Assembly (NCBI GenBank): GCA_964391965.1
Contig: CAYMOC010000002.1
Span: forward strand, 16,915-80,914
Direction: 5' to 3'
DNA: 64,000 nt
DNA from: an uncultured Thermoplasmatales archaeon
GTDB taxonomy: Archaea; Thermoplasmatota; E2; DHVEG-1
Part shown: piece by piece, positions 19,271-28,424 of the stretch
How the letters are laid out: each line of letters starts with the position of its first letter
How positions within the stretch are numbered: position 1 is the stretch's first letter
The notes under the pieces: generated by a model
Told to the model about the DNA's origin: nothing
Databases searched by the model: none
What the model saw: the letters and a program-made list of their open reading frames with translations, nothing else
Program-made: the position numbers and the translations under genes

Positions 19271-20587
19271 TCAAAAAAGTTTATCAAAATCCGAGATGAA
19301 ATAATCGGATTTATTTATTTCAACAGACTTAAAATCTATTTTAATTTTTGGATAGAGTTGAAATTTTGTTTTAATTTTTTTATTTAGACCATGTGAATTT
19401 AAAACTAAATTTAAACCAAAACCTTCAGGTGGTTTTAAAAAATCTAAGCTTATAGAACTATGATTTGTGTTAAATAATTGTCTTTGAGGTTCAAATTTAC
19501 AAAACCCTTCTAAATCTATTCTTCTATCGCCATTTGAATAAAAACCTTTTACAGTTCCAGGTTGTTCATAAACTATATATGCATTCTTATTGTCAGATAA
19601 TTTAAATAGAAAACCATATGGGTCAGTTTTTTTCTTAAAATTTATTTTGAATTTTTCTTTATCATCCTGAAAGATTAAACTTATTTCAGTGGGGTAATAA
19701 ATATCATGATCTTCTGAATATTCAATTTTTTTATATTCAAAACATCCATTAAAAAATTCTTTATATTTGCATCCATCCTTAGATAAAATAATTGTGCCTA
19801 TAACAGGGCCTTTTAATATCCATCCTAAAATATTACCATAAAAAAGAGTCCAACCATTATCAAAAACTGCCCATGCCCAATCATAACCAAGAGGGTTATT
19901 GTCTTTACTAAAAGCTAAGGAATTTGGGATTCTTGGTTTTTTGCATTGCAACCATTTACCCATTAGTTTAGCATAAGTTGAAAGACTTTTTTTAATATTT
20001 CTTGAATATGTAAACCAGTTTGTATATGAAAAATCTCCCCATACATGTTCATAATATCCAGAGCCGTTTACTGAAAAATTATTTTGATTTATGTTTAACA
20101 AACCTGAGATTTTACATTTTGGGATAAAACCATACCTGTAAAAACCTAAACCCATTGGAAGCCAGCCGTTAGTTGTTCCTTGGGATACCCAATGTGGTAG
20201 TGCTTCTGATTTATATGTTAAATTGGTTTGTATATTGTTTTTTTTATCATTCAAAAAAATTTTATAATCTGGGAATAAACCTTCGATGTATGAATCTTTG
20301 TAATTTATTTTTTGAGTTTTGTGATCTGCATATATTTTCAGTTTTTTTCGCTGATTTTCAGAATAATAACTATAATGTTTATTTTCATCTAAGTCGAAAA
20401 GAGTTATAAAAAAATTTGAGCCGTATTCTTTTGATTTTTTGAACCATTCGCCAAAGGAGGCTTTTAAATTCCATTTTTTTTTATTATCATTTTGTTTTAA
20501 AAAAGCTTCGAAACACCACCACTCTATTGCACTTTTTTCATGTTCTTTTTCATCAGAACAGCTCCAAGGATTTTTATTATCAACCAT
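19271..20587 (-). CDS. CrtC/AttH-like (carotenoid 1,2-hydratase/lipocalin-like) protein, tentative
   Basis: HEKSAIEWWCFEAFL resembles the H..EWWY.TGhL N-terminal motif of the CrtC/AttH family. The protein is Trp/Tyr-rich and beta-rich. The internal ATG at 20587 avoids overlap with the divergent gene. Confidence 0.35.
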   Translation of the reverse strand: MVDNKNPWSCSDEKEHEKSAIEWWCFEAFLKQNDNKKKWNLKASFGEWFKKSKEYGSNFFITLFDLDENKHYSYYSENQRKKLKIYADHKTQKINYKDSYIEGLFPDYKIFLNDKKNNIQTNLTYKSEALPHWVSQGTTNGWLPMGLGFYRYGFIPKCKISGLLNINQNNFSVNGSGYYEHVWGDFSYTNWFTYSRNIKKSLSTYAKLMGKWLQCKKPRIPNSLAFSKDNNPLGYDWAWAVFDNGWTLFYGNILGWILKGPVIGTIILSKDGCKYKEFFNGCFEYKKIEYSEDHDIYYPTEISLIFQDDKEKFKINFKKKTDPYGFLFKLSDNKNAYIVYEQPGTVKGFYSNGDRRIDLEGFCKFEPQRQLFNTNHSSISLDFLKPPEGFGLNLVLNSHGLNKKIKTKFQLYPKIKIDFKSVEINKSDYFISDFDKLF

Positions 20588-20682
20588 AGACAAAAATTGT
20601 ATTAAATAGATTATATAAATATGTTTATCATACATATAAAAAAGTTTTTTTATAGGATAAAACATATAAAAAATGGTTTTCT

Positions 20683-21699
20683 TTGCAGATGAAAAAAACA
20701 AAAGTTGACATAATAGGCGGGGGAATATCAGGATTAGCCGCAGCCATAGCAATAAAAAAACTTAACAAAAAAATAGATGTAAATATCTATGAAAAACACA
20801 AAAAAATAGGATACAACCCAGAAGGAAGAAGATGTGGAGAAGCCCATTCAATAGAAGGAAAATGGAAAAAATGGAAACCAAACAAAAAAAGCATATTCAA
20901 TGAAATATACAAAGTCGAAACAATAGTCGGGAAAAAAACTTATACACTAAAAAGAAAAAAAGGAACATCCTGCATATTAAACAGACAAGAATTCATATCA
21001 AATTTAGGAAAAAAAGCAGAAAAACTTGGAGCATACATACAAACAGATAACAAAATAAAAACAATAAAAGAATTAGATGCAAAATACATAATCGATGCAT
21101 CAGGATGCCCTAGCTTTGTAAAAAAAGAATTAAAAATTAACCATGGAATAACAGGAAAAACATATCAACAAACAATAGAAAACTCAAATTTTTTCATAAA
21201 AGACACCGTTAAAATATTTATAACAGAAAAAACAGGCTATTATTGGATTTTTCCAAGAAATCCCGATAAAAAAGAAATTAATCTAGGTGTAGGCATTGTC
21301 GGAAAAAAACAAGCTAACTTAAAAAAAATATTAAATGAATTTAAAGAAAAATACAAAGTCACAGGAGAAATTAATTACAAAACAGGAGGGTTGATACCGG
21401 TCGGGCTGCAGAGGCCGCTTAAACATGAAAATATACTATTTGTTGGGGATACAGGAGTCGGCACTTTTCCGTATACTGGAGAGGGAATATACCGTGCTCT
21501 ATTAAGTGGAGATATCGCAGCGGATTGCATCGTCAAAAAACAAATAAGAAGATATCCTCATGAAATAAATCAAAATTTTATCAAATGGGATCTTATTGGA
21601 AAAAATGTAATAAGGATAAGCTCAGTATTAGAAAGTATAAGCCCAAAAGCTGTTGTTTCAATGCATCAAAAATATCTCAATTTTTTTATTAGCAATTGA
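20683..21699 (+). CDS. geranylgeranyl reductase-family FAD-dependent oxidoreductase (short, 338 aa)
   Basis: It has the FAD-binding motif DIIGGGISGLAAA and the GGR-family motif FVGDTGVGTFPYTGEGIYRALLSG. Confidence 0.55.
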   Translation: MQMKKTKVDIIGGGISGLAAAIAIKKLNKKIDVNIYEKHKKIGYNPEGRRCGEAHSIEGKWKKWKPNKKSIFNEIYKVETIVGKKTYTLKRKKGTSCILNRQEFISNLGKKAEKLGAYIQTDNKIKTIKELDAKYIIDASGCPSFVKKELKINHGITGKTYQQTIENSNFFIKDTVKIFITEKTGYYWIFPRNPDKKEINLGVGIVGKKQANLKKILNEFKEKYKVTGEINYKTGGLIPVGLQRPLKHENILFVGDTGVGTFPYTGEGIYRALLSGDIAADCIVKKQIRRYPHEINQNFIKWDLIGKNVIRISSVLESISPKAVVSMHQKYLNFFISN

Positions 21700-21735
21700 A
21701 TAGAAAATAATATTATTACTATTTATTTTTAAATT

Positions 21736-22716
21736 TTATCTATCAAATTTTTTGGGATACATGGTGTAACCAAATTCGTCAAAATAAAAAATCATTTTTT
21801 TATAAATGTATTCTCTAAGAAACTTTACTTCTCGGGCAAGATTAAGATTTCTAGGCTCTACATAATCCTTAAAATCTACGTCAGTTGTTACATCTAAAAA
21901 ATCAAGTACTTCATCCATTGTTTTATCTGTTTTATTACAAAGTGACTCATATGTAATAGAAACATAATCATTATCATTTAACTTATGTATATTATTTAGA
22001 TAAAAACTTGTTTCTTTTGAAGCCCTATTTATAATATCAAAAACACCAGTAGGAAAAAAACCTGAATAATATAAACGATTTAATGCTAAAAGAATAGGAT
22101 TTTCATATGTTTTATTATATTTTTTTGAAAACATTGCAGTATACAAATTCTTTTTCTCTAATAATTTCTGCCATGCCCTCATTGTAGAACTGATAACTGC
22201 TAGTGGATTTCTGTTGATAAAAATAAATTTGGCATTTGGAAAATGTTTTTTTATAAATAAAAAATTTGGATAATCATATGGGTTTTTAAGAAGAACAGGA
22301 TAATTATTTTTAGATATAAACATAATTTTTTGACATAATTGTTTTAAAAGAGCTGTGTTTTCCAAAGAAGTTTTCTCAGACATGTTTTTTTTAGTGTAAA
22401 TGTAAACATATTCATGAGCGTAATCAGCTGTTACTTTAATTCGATCAATTTTTCTATTAGTGATTCCTTTTGATTTAAAAACTTCATTAAGTTCTTCCTT
22501 TGTATCTTGTTCAAGGTTATTTATATGATTATAAATTAACTCATCATATTTTAAAATATGATACGCAGTTACAATATTGAGTTTTTTTGTATCACCTAGC
22601 ATTTTGTAAAGAATGCTTGTACCAGATCTATGCAAACCCATGATAAATATAGGATAAAAATCCATATTTTCTATTAGGTTAAGATGTGTTTTGTCAATAT
22701 TTTTTTCTTGTAACAT
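21736..22716 (-). CDS. PAPS-dependent sulfotransferase
   Basis: The 5'-PSB motif is GLHRSGTSIL and the 3'-PB motif is RNPLAVISS. Confidence 0.65.
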   Translation of the reverse strand: MLQEKNIDKTHLNLIENMDFYPIFIMGLHRSGTSILYKMLGDTKKLNIVTAYHILKYDELIYNHINNLEQDTKEELNEVFKSKGITNRKIDRIKVTADYAHEYVYIYTKKNMSEKTSLENTALLKQLCQKIMFISKNNYPVLLKNPYDYPNFLFIKKHFPNAKFIFINRNPLAVISSTMRAWQKLLEKKNLYTAMFSKKYNKTYENPILLALNRLYYSGFFPTGVFDIINRASKETSFYLNNIHKLNDNDYVSITYESLCNKTDKTMDEVLDFLDVTTDVDFKDYVEPRNLNLAREVKFLREYIYKKMIFYFDEFGYTMYPKKFDR

Positions 22717-22761
22717 TTTTTTATCAGAAAAATATAGTTTATTGTTATAAAATAATTTTTT

Positions 22762-24045
22762 TCAGATGTTTAGTTTTTCATTTTTGTAAAAATATCTAGT
22801 ACTTAAACCTGAAAGAAATGATGTTAAAACATCTATAACATTAAAACCATTGTTTTTTATACTTCTTTTTAAACAGTTTTTAACCGAGTAAAACTCTCCA
22901 GCTATCCTTCTGATACCCTCATATAATTCATCAGCCGTCATTTCTTTTGGTATGAAATTTACTTTACCTTCTTCATATCTTGACCAATCATAACTTGTTA
23001 TCCTTCCTTCTTTTTCCAATCTATCAAATAGTGGGGTACCTGGATAAGGTGTTAATATACTAAATGTTGCTGAATCAAGACCCCAATCATACATTGCTTT
23101 AAGTGTTTCATCAAAACAATCTGGTGTGTCATAATCTAACCCAAATACAAAAAAACCTGTAACTTTCATATCATGATTTTTGATTTTTTGGATAGCTTTT
23201 TCATAATCTTCAACCTTATTTGTACCCTTACCAGCAGAATCGATGCTTTCTTGGGATATAGATTCTATACCAAGATACCATCTTACAACGCCTGCTTTTT
23301 TAGCTAATTCTAAAAATTCATCATCTTTTGCTACAATATTTATATTGCCAAATGCATAAAATTTTTTATCAAGTTTCGCCATTTCCCTAAAAAGTTTTTT
23401 TGTATATTTTGGATTGATCGTGAGTGATGCATCTGCAAAAAATATTGATTTAGATTTTATTTTTTTCATTTCGTCAATTACAGATTCTACAGGACGGGCT
23501 CTAAAAATTCTTCCCTCCACCCTATTCATAGCGCAGAATTCACAACCAGTTGGACAACCTCGAGATACTTGGATTCCCTCCATAAAAGTATAATTACCGA
23601 CATCATGTCTTGCCTGTGGTATTTCTTCAGGTTTTACTAATCTTTCAGGTGTATATATTTTTTTAAGTTCTCCTTTTTCTAAATCCTTTAAAAGTTTAGG
23701 CCAAGTAAGTTCTCCTTCTCCAATAACTATTGCATCAGCATGCTCTTTTACTTCATCAGGCATAAGAGTTGCATGATAACCACCAATTACTACAGGCATA
23801 TTTTTTTCTCTAAATTTTTTTGCGACTTCATAAGCTCTAAGAGAATTATAAGTTAGAGACGTGATACCGACCAAATCATATTTTTTATTAAAATCTATAG
23901 TTTCATATCTTTCATCAATGATTTCAACATCATGTCCGTCCGGTGTAATACCAGCGATTTGTTGTAAAGTCAAACTAGGATAAGTAATCTTATTTAACAT
24001 ACTTCTTTTTGTATTTGGATGAGGAGAAACTAATAAAATTTTCAT
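22762..24045 (-). CDS. B12-binding radical SAM protein
   Basis: The radical SAM motif is RGCPTGCEFCA. It is a paralogue of 17829-19157. Confidence 0.7.
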   Translation of the reverse strand: MKILLVSPHPNTKRSMLNKITYPSLTLQQIAGITPDGHDVEIIDERYETIDFNKKYDLVGITSLTYNSLRAYEVAKKFREKNMPVVIGGYHATLMPDEVKEHADAIVIGEGELTWPKLLKDLEKGELKKIYTPERLVKPEEIPQARHDVGNYTFMEGIQVSRGCPTGCEFCAMNRVEGRIFRARPVESVIDEMKKIKSKSIFFADASLTINPKYTKKLFREMAKLDKKFYAFGNINIVAKDDEFLELAKKAGVVRWYLGIESISQESIDSAGKGTNKVEDYEKAIQKIKNHDMKVTGFFVFGLDYDTPDCFDETLKAMYDWGLDSATFSILTPYPGTPLFDRLEKEGRITSYDWSRYEEGKVNFIPKEMTADELYEGIRRIAGEFYSVKNCLKRSIKNNGFNVIDVLTSFLSGLSTRYFYKNEKLNI

Positions 24046-24289
24046 CTTTTAACACATCTAACAAATTTTTTTTATAAATTTTTTATATACAATTCTTATA
24101 TTTGTAGTTTTACCAACAAAACCCTGTTAATAAACTAAATTTTAGCGTAAATACACTCTATACTGGTTTAGTTTACTAAATAGGTTTTATTTAAAATTTT
24201 TTGATAGATCTATCCAAAAGAAAAAATTGATATCAACAGTAGTTTTTAATATTTCATGTTTTATTTTCCAATACTGGCGAATTGATATT

Positions 24290-25687
24290 ATGAATGAATT
24301 CTTTAATCCAAAAAATACATTTTCGTTTTTAAAAACATTTTTTTTCGATCCAAAAAGATTAAAGAATTTTTCCAAAGAAAAAATGGAAAGATATAGAAAT
24401 AAAGCATTTAGAAAAACAATAGAGTATGCTTATACAGTTCCTTTATACCATAAAAAATATAGAAAAGCAGGAGTACACCCTAAAGATATAAAAGGATTTA
24501 AAGATATAGAAAAACTACCTTTCGTTACAAAGAAAGACCTTAGAGAGGCATCCTTAGAAGAGATTATTTCAAAAGGTGCAAAAAAAGAGAATAAATATGT
24601 TGTTTGCACCAGTGGTTCTACTGGAAAACCTGTAAATTTTTTTACTGATTTTCAAACATTATCAAAAAGTATTGGGATTTACTTGAGAGAATTAGAGATT
24701 TTTGATTTACATTGGAGAAAGTCAAAAGTAGCACATATTGGAAATTTTAGTAAAGACAAAGCAGATTCTGCTTTCGAAGAAGGTTTTGTATCCAAAACAC
24801 GTGTTTTTTACAACCATAGTAACTCTCTTTCAATTAACAATTTTGAACCGATAGATAAAATTATGAAAAAATTAGACAGTTTTAAACCCGATCTGATTTT
24901 ATCCTACCCGGTGACTTTTAAAAATTTAGCTTTTTTAAAAAATAAAGGATATGGTAAAAACGTTAACCCCCAGGTTTTAGCTGTTGGCGGTTATGTTTTA
25001 GATGAATATACCAAAAAATATGTAGAGGATGCTTTCAACTGTAAAATGTTAAATGTTTACTCATCAGCAGAATCAGGTGCAGATATTGCATTTGAATGTT
25101 TTGATGATACTTGGCATGTAAACCATGATTTTTTCCATGTTGAATCTATAGATGAACAAAGAACTCCTGTTGATGATAAAACTTCAGGTCATGTTGTTTT
25201 GACAAGGATGTTTGGACAAGGAACGCCTATAGTTAGATACACAGGTATGGATGATTGGGTTACAATAGAAGAAGATTATAACTGCAGTTGTGGTTTAAAT
25301 ACCCCTATTTTAAAAGGTGGTATTAAAGGTAGGATGAGCACAAGTGTTATTTTACCAGATGGAAGAGTTTATCCTTCTGCATCATTTGCTTTTATATCTG
25401 TTATTTTAAATAAGTTTAATACAAAAAAAGTGAAACAATTTCAGATAATTCAGAATAAAATTGATGATATTGAGATTTTACTTGTAATAGATGAAGTCCT
25501 TAGAGATAAACCTCCCGCGGTTGATAAAATTTTTAATAAAATAAAAGAAAAATATCAAGAGATCTGCGGAGAAAATGTTAATATCAAAGTAAGAGAGGTA
25601 GATGAAATTAAATCTGAAAGAGGGAAACCTTCACCTTTGGTGATTTCAAAGATTGATACTGAAGAGGCATATAAAAAAATATTATAA
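24290..25687 (+). CDS. PaaK/coenzyme F390 synthetase-like adenylate-forming enzyme
   Basis: The P-loop is TSGSTGKPVNFF. It is a close paralogue of 13602-14978. The start is at the internal ATG at 24290. Confidence 0.65.
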   Translation: MNEFFNPKNTFSFLKTFFFDPKRLKNFSKEKMERYRNKAFRKTIEYAYTVPLYHKKYRKAGVHPKDIKGFKDIEKLPFVTKKDLREASLEEIISKGAKKENKYVVCTSGSTGKPVNFFTDFQTLSKSIGIYLRELEIFDLHWRKSKVAHIGNFSKDKADSAFEEGFVSKTRVFYNHSNSLSINNFEPIDKIMKKLDSFKPDLILSYPVTFKNLAFLKNKGYGKNVNPQVLAVGGYVLDEYTKKYVEDAFNCKMLNVYSSAESGADIAFECFDDTWHVNHDFFHVESIDEQRTPVDDKTSGHVVLTRMFGQGTPIVRYTGMDDWVTIEEDYNCSCGLNTPILKGGIKGRMSTSVILPDGRVYPSASFAFISVILNKFNTKKVKQFQIIQNKIDDIEILLVIDEVLRDKPPAVDKIFNKIKEKYQEICGENVNIKVREVDEIKSERGKPSPLVISKIDTEEAYKKIL

Positions 25688-25765
25688 AGAATAGATTTTA
25701 ACATTATTTTTTATTGATATATTTGGAAGTCGAAAATATTAAATCAAATAGTTTTATTCCTCAGG

Positions 25766-26224
25766 TTGAGAACTATGAAAATACAAGTTATAATGGGATC
25801 AAAATCTGATATGAAGGTAGCTGAAAAAGCAGAGAAAATATTAAAAGAATTCAGTGTAGATTATGATATTAAAGTAGCTTCAGCACATCGTACACCTGAT
25901 TTTTTAAAAGAACTCGTTCAAAAATCTGATGCAGATGTATTTATTGGAATAGCCGGGCTTTCCGCAGCACTACCAGGCAGTATAGCCGCACATACAATAA
26001 AACCTGTTATAGGCGTTCCTGTTTCAGGTAAAGTAAATTTTGATTCGATTCTTTCAATTGTTCAAATGCCTCCAGGGATACCTGTTGCCGCTGTTGGTTT
26101 AGACCGTGGAGATAACGCAGCTCTTTTAGCAGTTGAAATACTTTCCCTGATGGATTCGAAAATTAAGGATGAGTTGAAAAAATATAGAGAAAAAAGAAAA
26201 GAACAGACTATAAAAAGCAACTAA
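25766..26224 (+). CDS. purE: N5-carboxyaminoimidazole ribonucleotide mutase
   Basis: It matches the PurE fold, with the GSKSD and AHRTP motifs. Confidence 0.8.
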   Translation: MRTMKIQVIMGSKSDMKVAEKAEKILKEFSVDYDIKVASAHRTPDFLKELVQKSDADVFIGIAGLSAALPGSIAAHTIKPVIGVPVSGKVNFDSILSIVQMPPGIPVAAVGLDRGDNAALLAVEILSLMDSKIKDELKKYREKRKEQTIKSN

Positions 26225-26244
26225 GTTTTGTTTGGTAAAAAATT

Positions 26245-27192
26245 ATGTTTAAAGCTAAAAAGTTTATAGAAGAATCAGTTGAAAAAATCAAAAACGATGT
26301 CGACGGTAAAGCCCTTATAGCTTTTTCTGGAGGAGTAGATAGTACTGTTTGTGCAGCTCTTGTAAATAAAGCAATCGGTGATGACCTAATAGCAGTACAT
26401 GTAGACACTGGTTTTATGAGGAAAGGCGAATGTGAATCGGTAAAAGAATTAATGGAAAACATGAATCTTAATTATCGATTTATTGATGCAAGCCAAGATT
26501 ATTATAAAGCTCTTAAAAATATTGTTGATCCTGAACAGAAACGTAAAATTATTGGTGAAAAATTTATACGTATTTTTGAAAAAGTAGCCAAGGAAGAAAA
26601 CATTGATTATTTGGTTCAAGGAACAATAGCTCCGGATTGGATTGAATCAGGTGATGATGTACGTGATACAATTAAATCTCATCATAATGTCGGTGGTCTT
26701 CCTGAAAAAATGGATTTAAAACTTGTTGAACCACTTCGAGATCTTTACAAAGACGAGGTCCGCAAACTTGCTAGAGAGATGAAGTTACATGTTTCAGAAA
26801 AACAACCATTCCCGGGACCGGGTCTAGCAATTAGAATTATGGGTGAGGCAACATCAGAAAGAGCAGATATTGTTAGAGAAGCATGTTTTATTGTTGAAGA
26901 TGAAATAAACAAAGCTGTTGAAAAAAAACTTATGGAGATGCCTTGGCAGTATTTTGCAGTACTACTCCCAGTTAAAACAGTTGGAGTACATGGAGACAAA
27001 AGAGTTTATGGAGATGTTATAGCTGTTAGAGCAGTAAAAAGTATGGATGCCATGAGTTGTTCATTTAGTAGCATACCTGATGAAATCTTAGATAACATAT
27101 CTAACAGAATCACAAACACACTTGGGGATAAAATCAACCGTGTGGTTTATGATGTGACAAATAAACCACCTGGAACAATCGAATGGGAATAA
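26245..27192 (+). CDS. guaAB: GMP synthase subunit B (ATP pyrophosphatase)
   Basis: It has the SGGVDS PP-loop and a GMP synthase C-terminal domain. Confidence 0.8.
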   Translation: MFKAKKFIEESVEKIKNDVDGKALIAFSGGVDSTVCAALVNKAIGDDLIAVHVDTGFMRKGECESVKELMENMNLNYRFIDASQDYYKALKNIVDPEQKRKIIGEKFIRIFEKVAKEENIDYLVQGTIAPDWIESGDDVRDTIKSHHNVGGLPEKMDLKLVEPLRDLYKDEVRKLAREMKLHVSEKQPFPGPGLAIRIMGEATSERADIVREACFIVEDEINKAVEKKLMEMPWQYFAVLLPVKTVGVHGDKRVYGDVIAVRAVKSMDAMSCSFSSIPDEILDNISNRITNTLGDKINRVVYDVTNKPPGTIEWE

Positions 27193-27198
27193 AAAACC

Positions 27199-27777
27199 AT
27201 GGTTAAAATCTATGTTGTAGATAACGGCGGTCAATGGACACACAGGGAATGGCGTACATTAAAATACTTAGATGTAAACACAAAAATCATTCCAAATACA
27301 ACACCTTTTAATGATTTAGAAAATAAAAAAATTGATGGTTTAGTTCTATCCGGTGGAGCACCACGCATAGGATTAAAAAACGAATTAGGGAACTGTGCTG
27401 AATATCTAGAAAAAGCAGATTTTCCAATCATGGGAATCTGTGCAGGTCATCAATTCATGGCAAGGTTTTTTGGAGGAGAAGCAAAACCCTCAAAAATCCC
27501 TGAATTTGGAAAAATAGAATTAACTATTATTGAAAACAATGATCTTTTCGAAGATGTACCCGAAAAATCAGTAGTTTGGGAATCCCATAATGACGAGGTT
27601 ACAAAACTACCAAAAGATTTTATAAATTTAGCCGAGAGTGAAAACTGCAAAATTCAAGCTATGAAACATAAAAATAAACCATTTTATGGACTACAGTTTC
27701 ATCCAGAGGTAGACAACACTGAATACGGAGAGGAAATCTTTAAAAACTTTGTAAAAAAATGTTTACAAAAAAAGTAA
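27199..27777 (+). CDS. guaAA: GMP synthase subunit A (glutamine amidotransferase)
   Basis: It has a class I GATase triad (GICAGHQ…HPE). Confidence 0.8.
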   Translation: MVKIYVVDNGGQWTHREWRTLKYLDVNTKIIPNTTPFNDLENKKIDGLVLSGGAPRIGLKNELGNCAEYLEKADFPIMGICAGHQFMARFFGGEAKPSKIPEFGKIELTIIENNDLFEDVPEKSVVWESHNDEVTKLPKDFINLAESENCKIQAMKHKNKPFYGLQFHPEVDNTEYGEEIFKNFVKKCLQKK

Positions 27778-27812
27778 TTAAACGCCTTTATAATTTTTAA
27801 AAAATAATTGGA

Positions 27813-28400
27813 GTGGAGAGGAAAATGAAAAAAAATATAATAATTACTACAATTTTACTTGTTTTTATAACAACCTTTATTTTAACTGGTTGTTTTGAAG
27901 AAGAAAAAATAACTAACCAAAATGAGTTGCTTTCAGATGTCCCATTTGAAGATATGAAACTCTCAAGTTCATCATTCAACAATAGCGAATATATACCAGA
28001 AAAATATACAAAATATGGAAAGGGTGTATCTCCGCCTCTAAGTTTTAATAATTGTCCAAACAACACTAAAAGTTTTGTTTTAATAATGGATGACTTCGAT
28101 GCAGAAAATTTTGTTCATTGGCTTGTATGGAACATACCAGCTAATGATACAGGTTTTTATGAAAATGAAACAATTATTTATCCACAGGGGCTGAATGATT
28201 TTAATGAAATAGGTTATGGCGGACCAAAACCTCCAGCTAAATCCGATGTTCATAATTATCGGTTTATTTTATATGCTTTAAATGTAGAAGAAATAAATCT
28301 AAAAGAAGGTTCAACCCGAGAAGAATTGGAATCTTTAATAGATGAAAACAGTTATGCTATAGAAAAATCTGTTTTAATGTGTAAATACAAAAAAAATTAA
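27813..28400 (+). CDS. PEBP (YbhB/YbcL) family lipoprotein
   Basis: It has a signal peptide with a Cys lipobox. The PEBP motifs DDFDAENFVHW and GGPKPP…HNYRF are present. Confidence 0.65.
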   Translation: MERKMKKNIIITTILLVFITTFILTGCFEEEKITNQNELLSDVPFEDMKLSSSSFNNSEYIPEKYTKYGKGVSPPLSFNNCPNNTKSFVLIMDDFDAENFVHWLVWNIPANDTGFYENETIIYPQGLNDFNEIGYGGPKPPAKSDVHNYRFILYALNVEEINLKEGSTREELESLIDENSYAIEKSVLMCKYKKN

Positions 28401-28424
28401 AAACAGAGTTAGTCTACTGTTAGA

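Noticed and set aside
24187-24375. 62-aa minus-strand ORF in the divergent promoter upstream of the PaaK-like gene
   Set aside because: It overlaps the promoter and 5' end of a supported gene and is AT-rich low complexity.
26208-28066. Several antisense ORFs over purE, guaA and the PEBP gene
   Set aside because: They are nested antisense to confidently assigned housekeeping genes.
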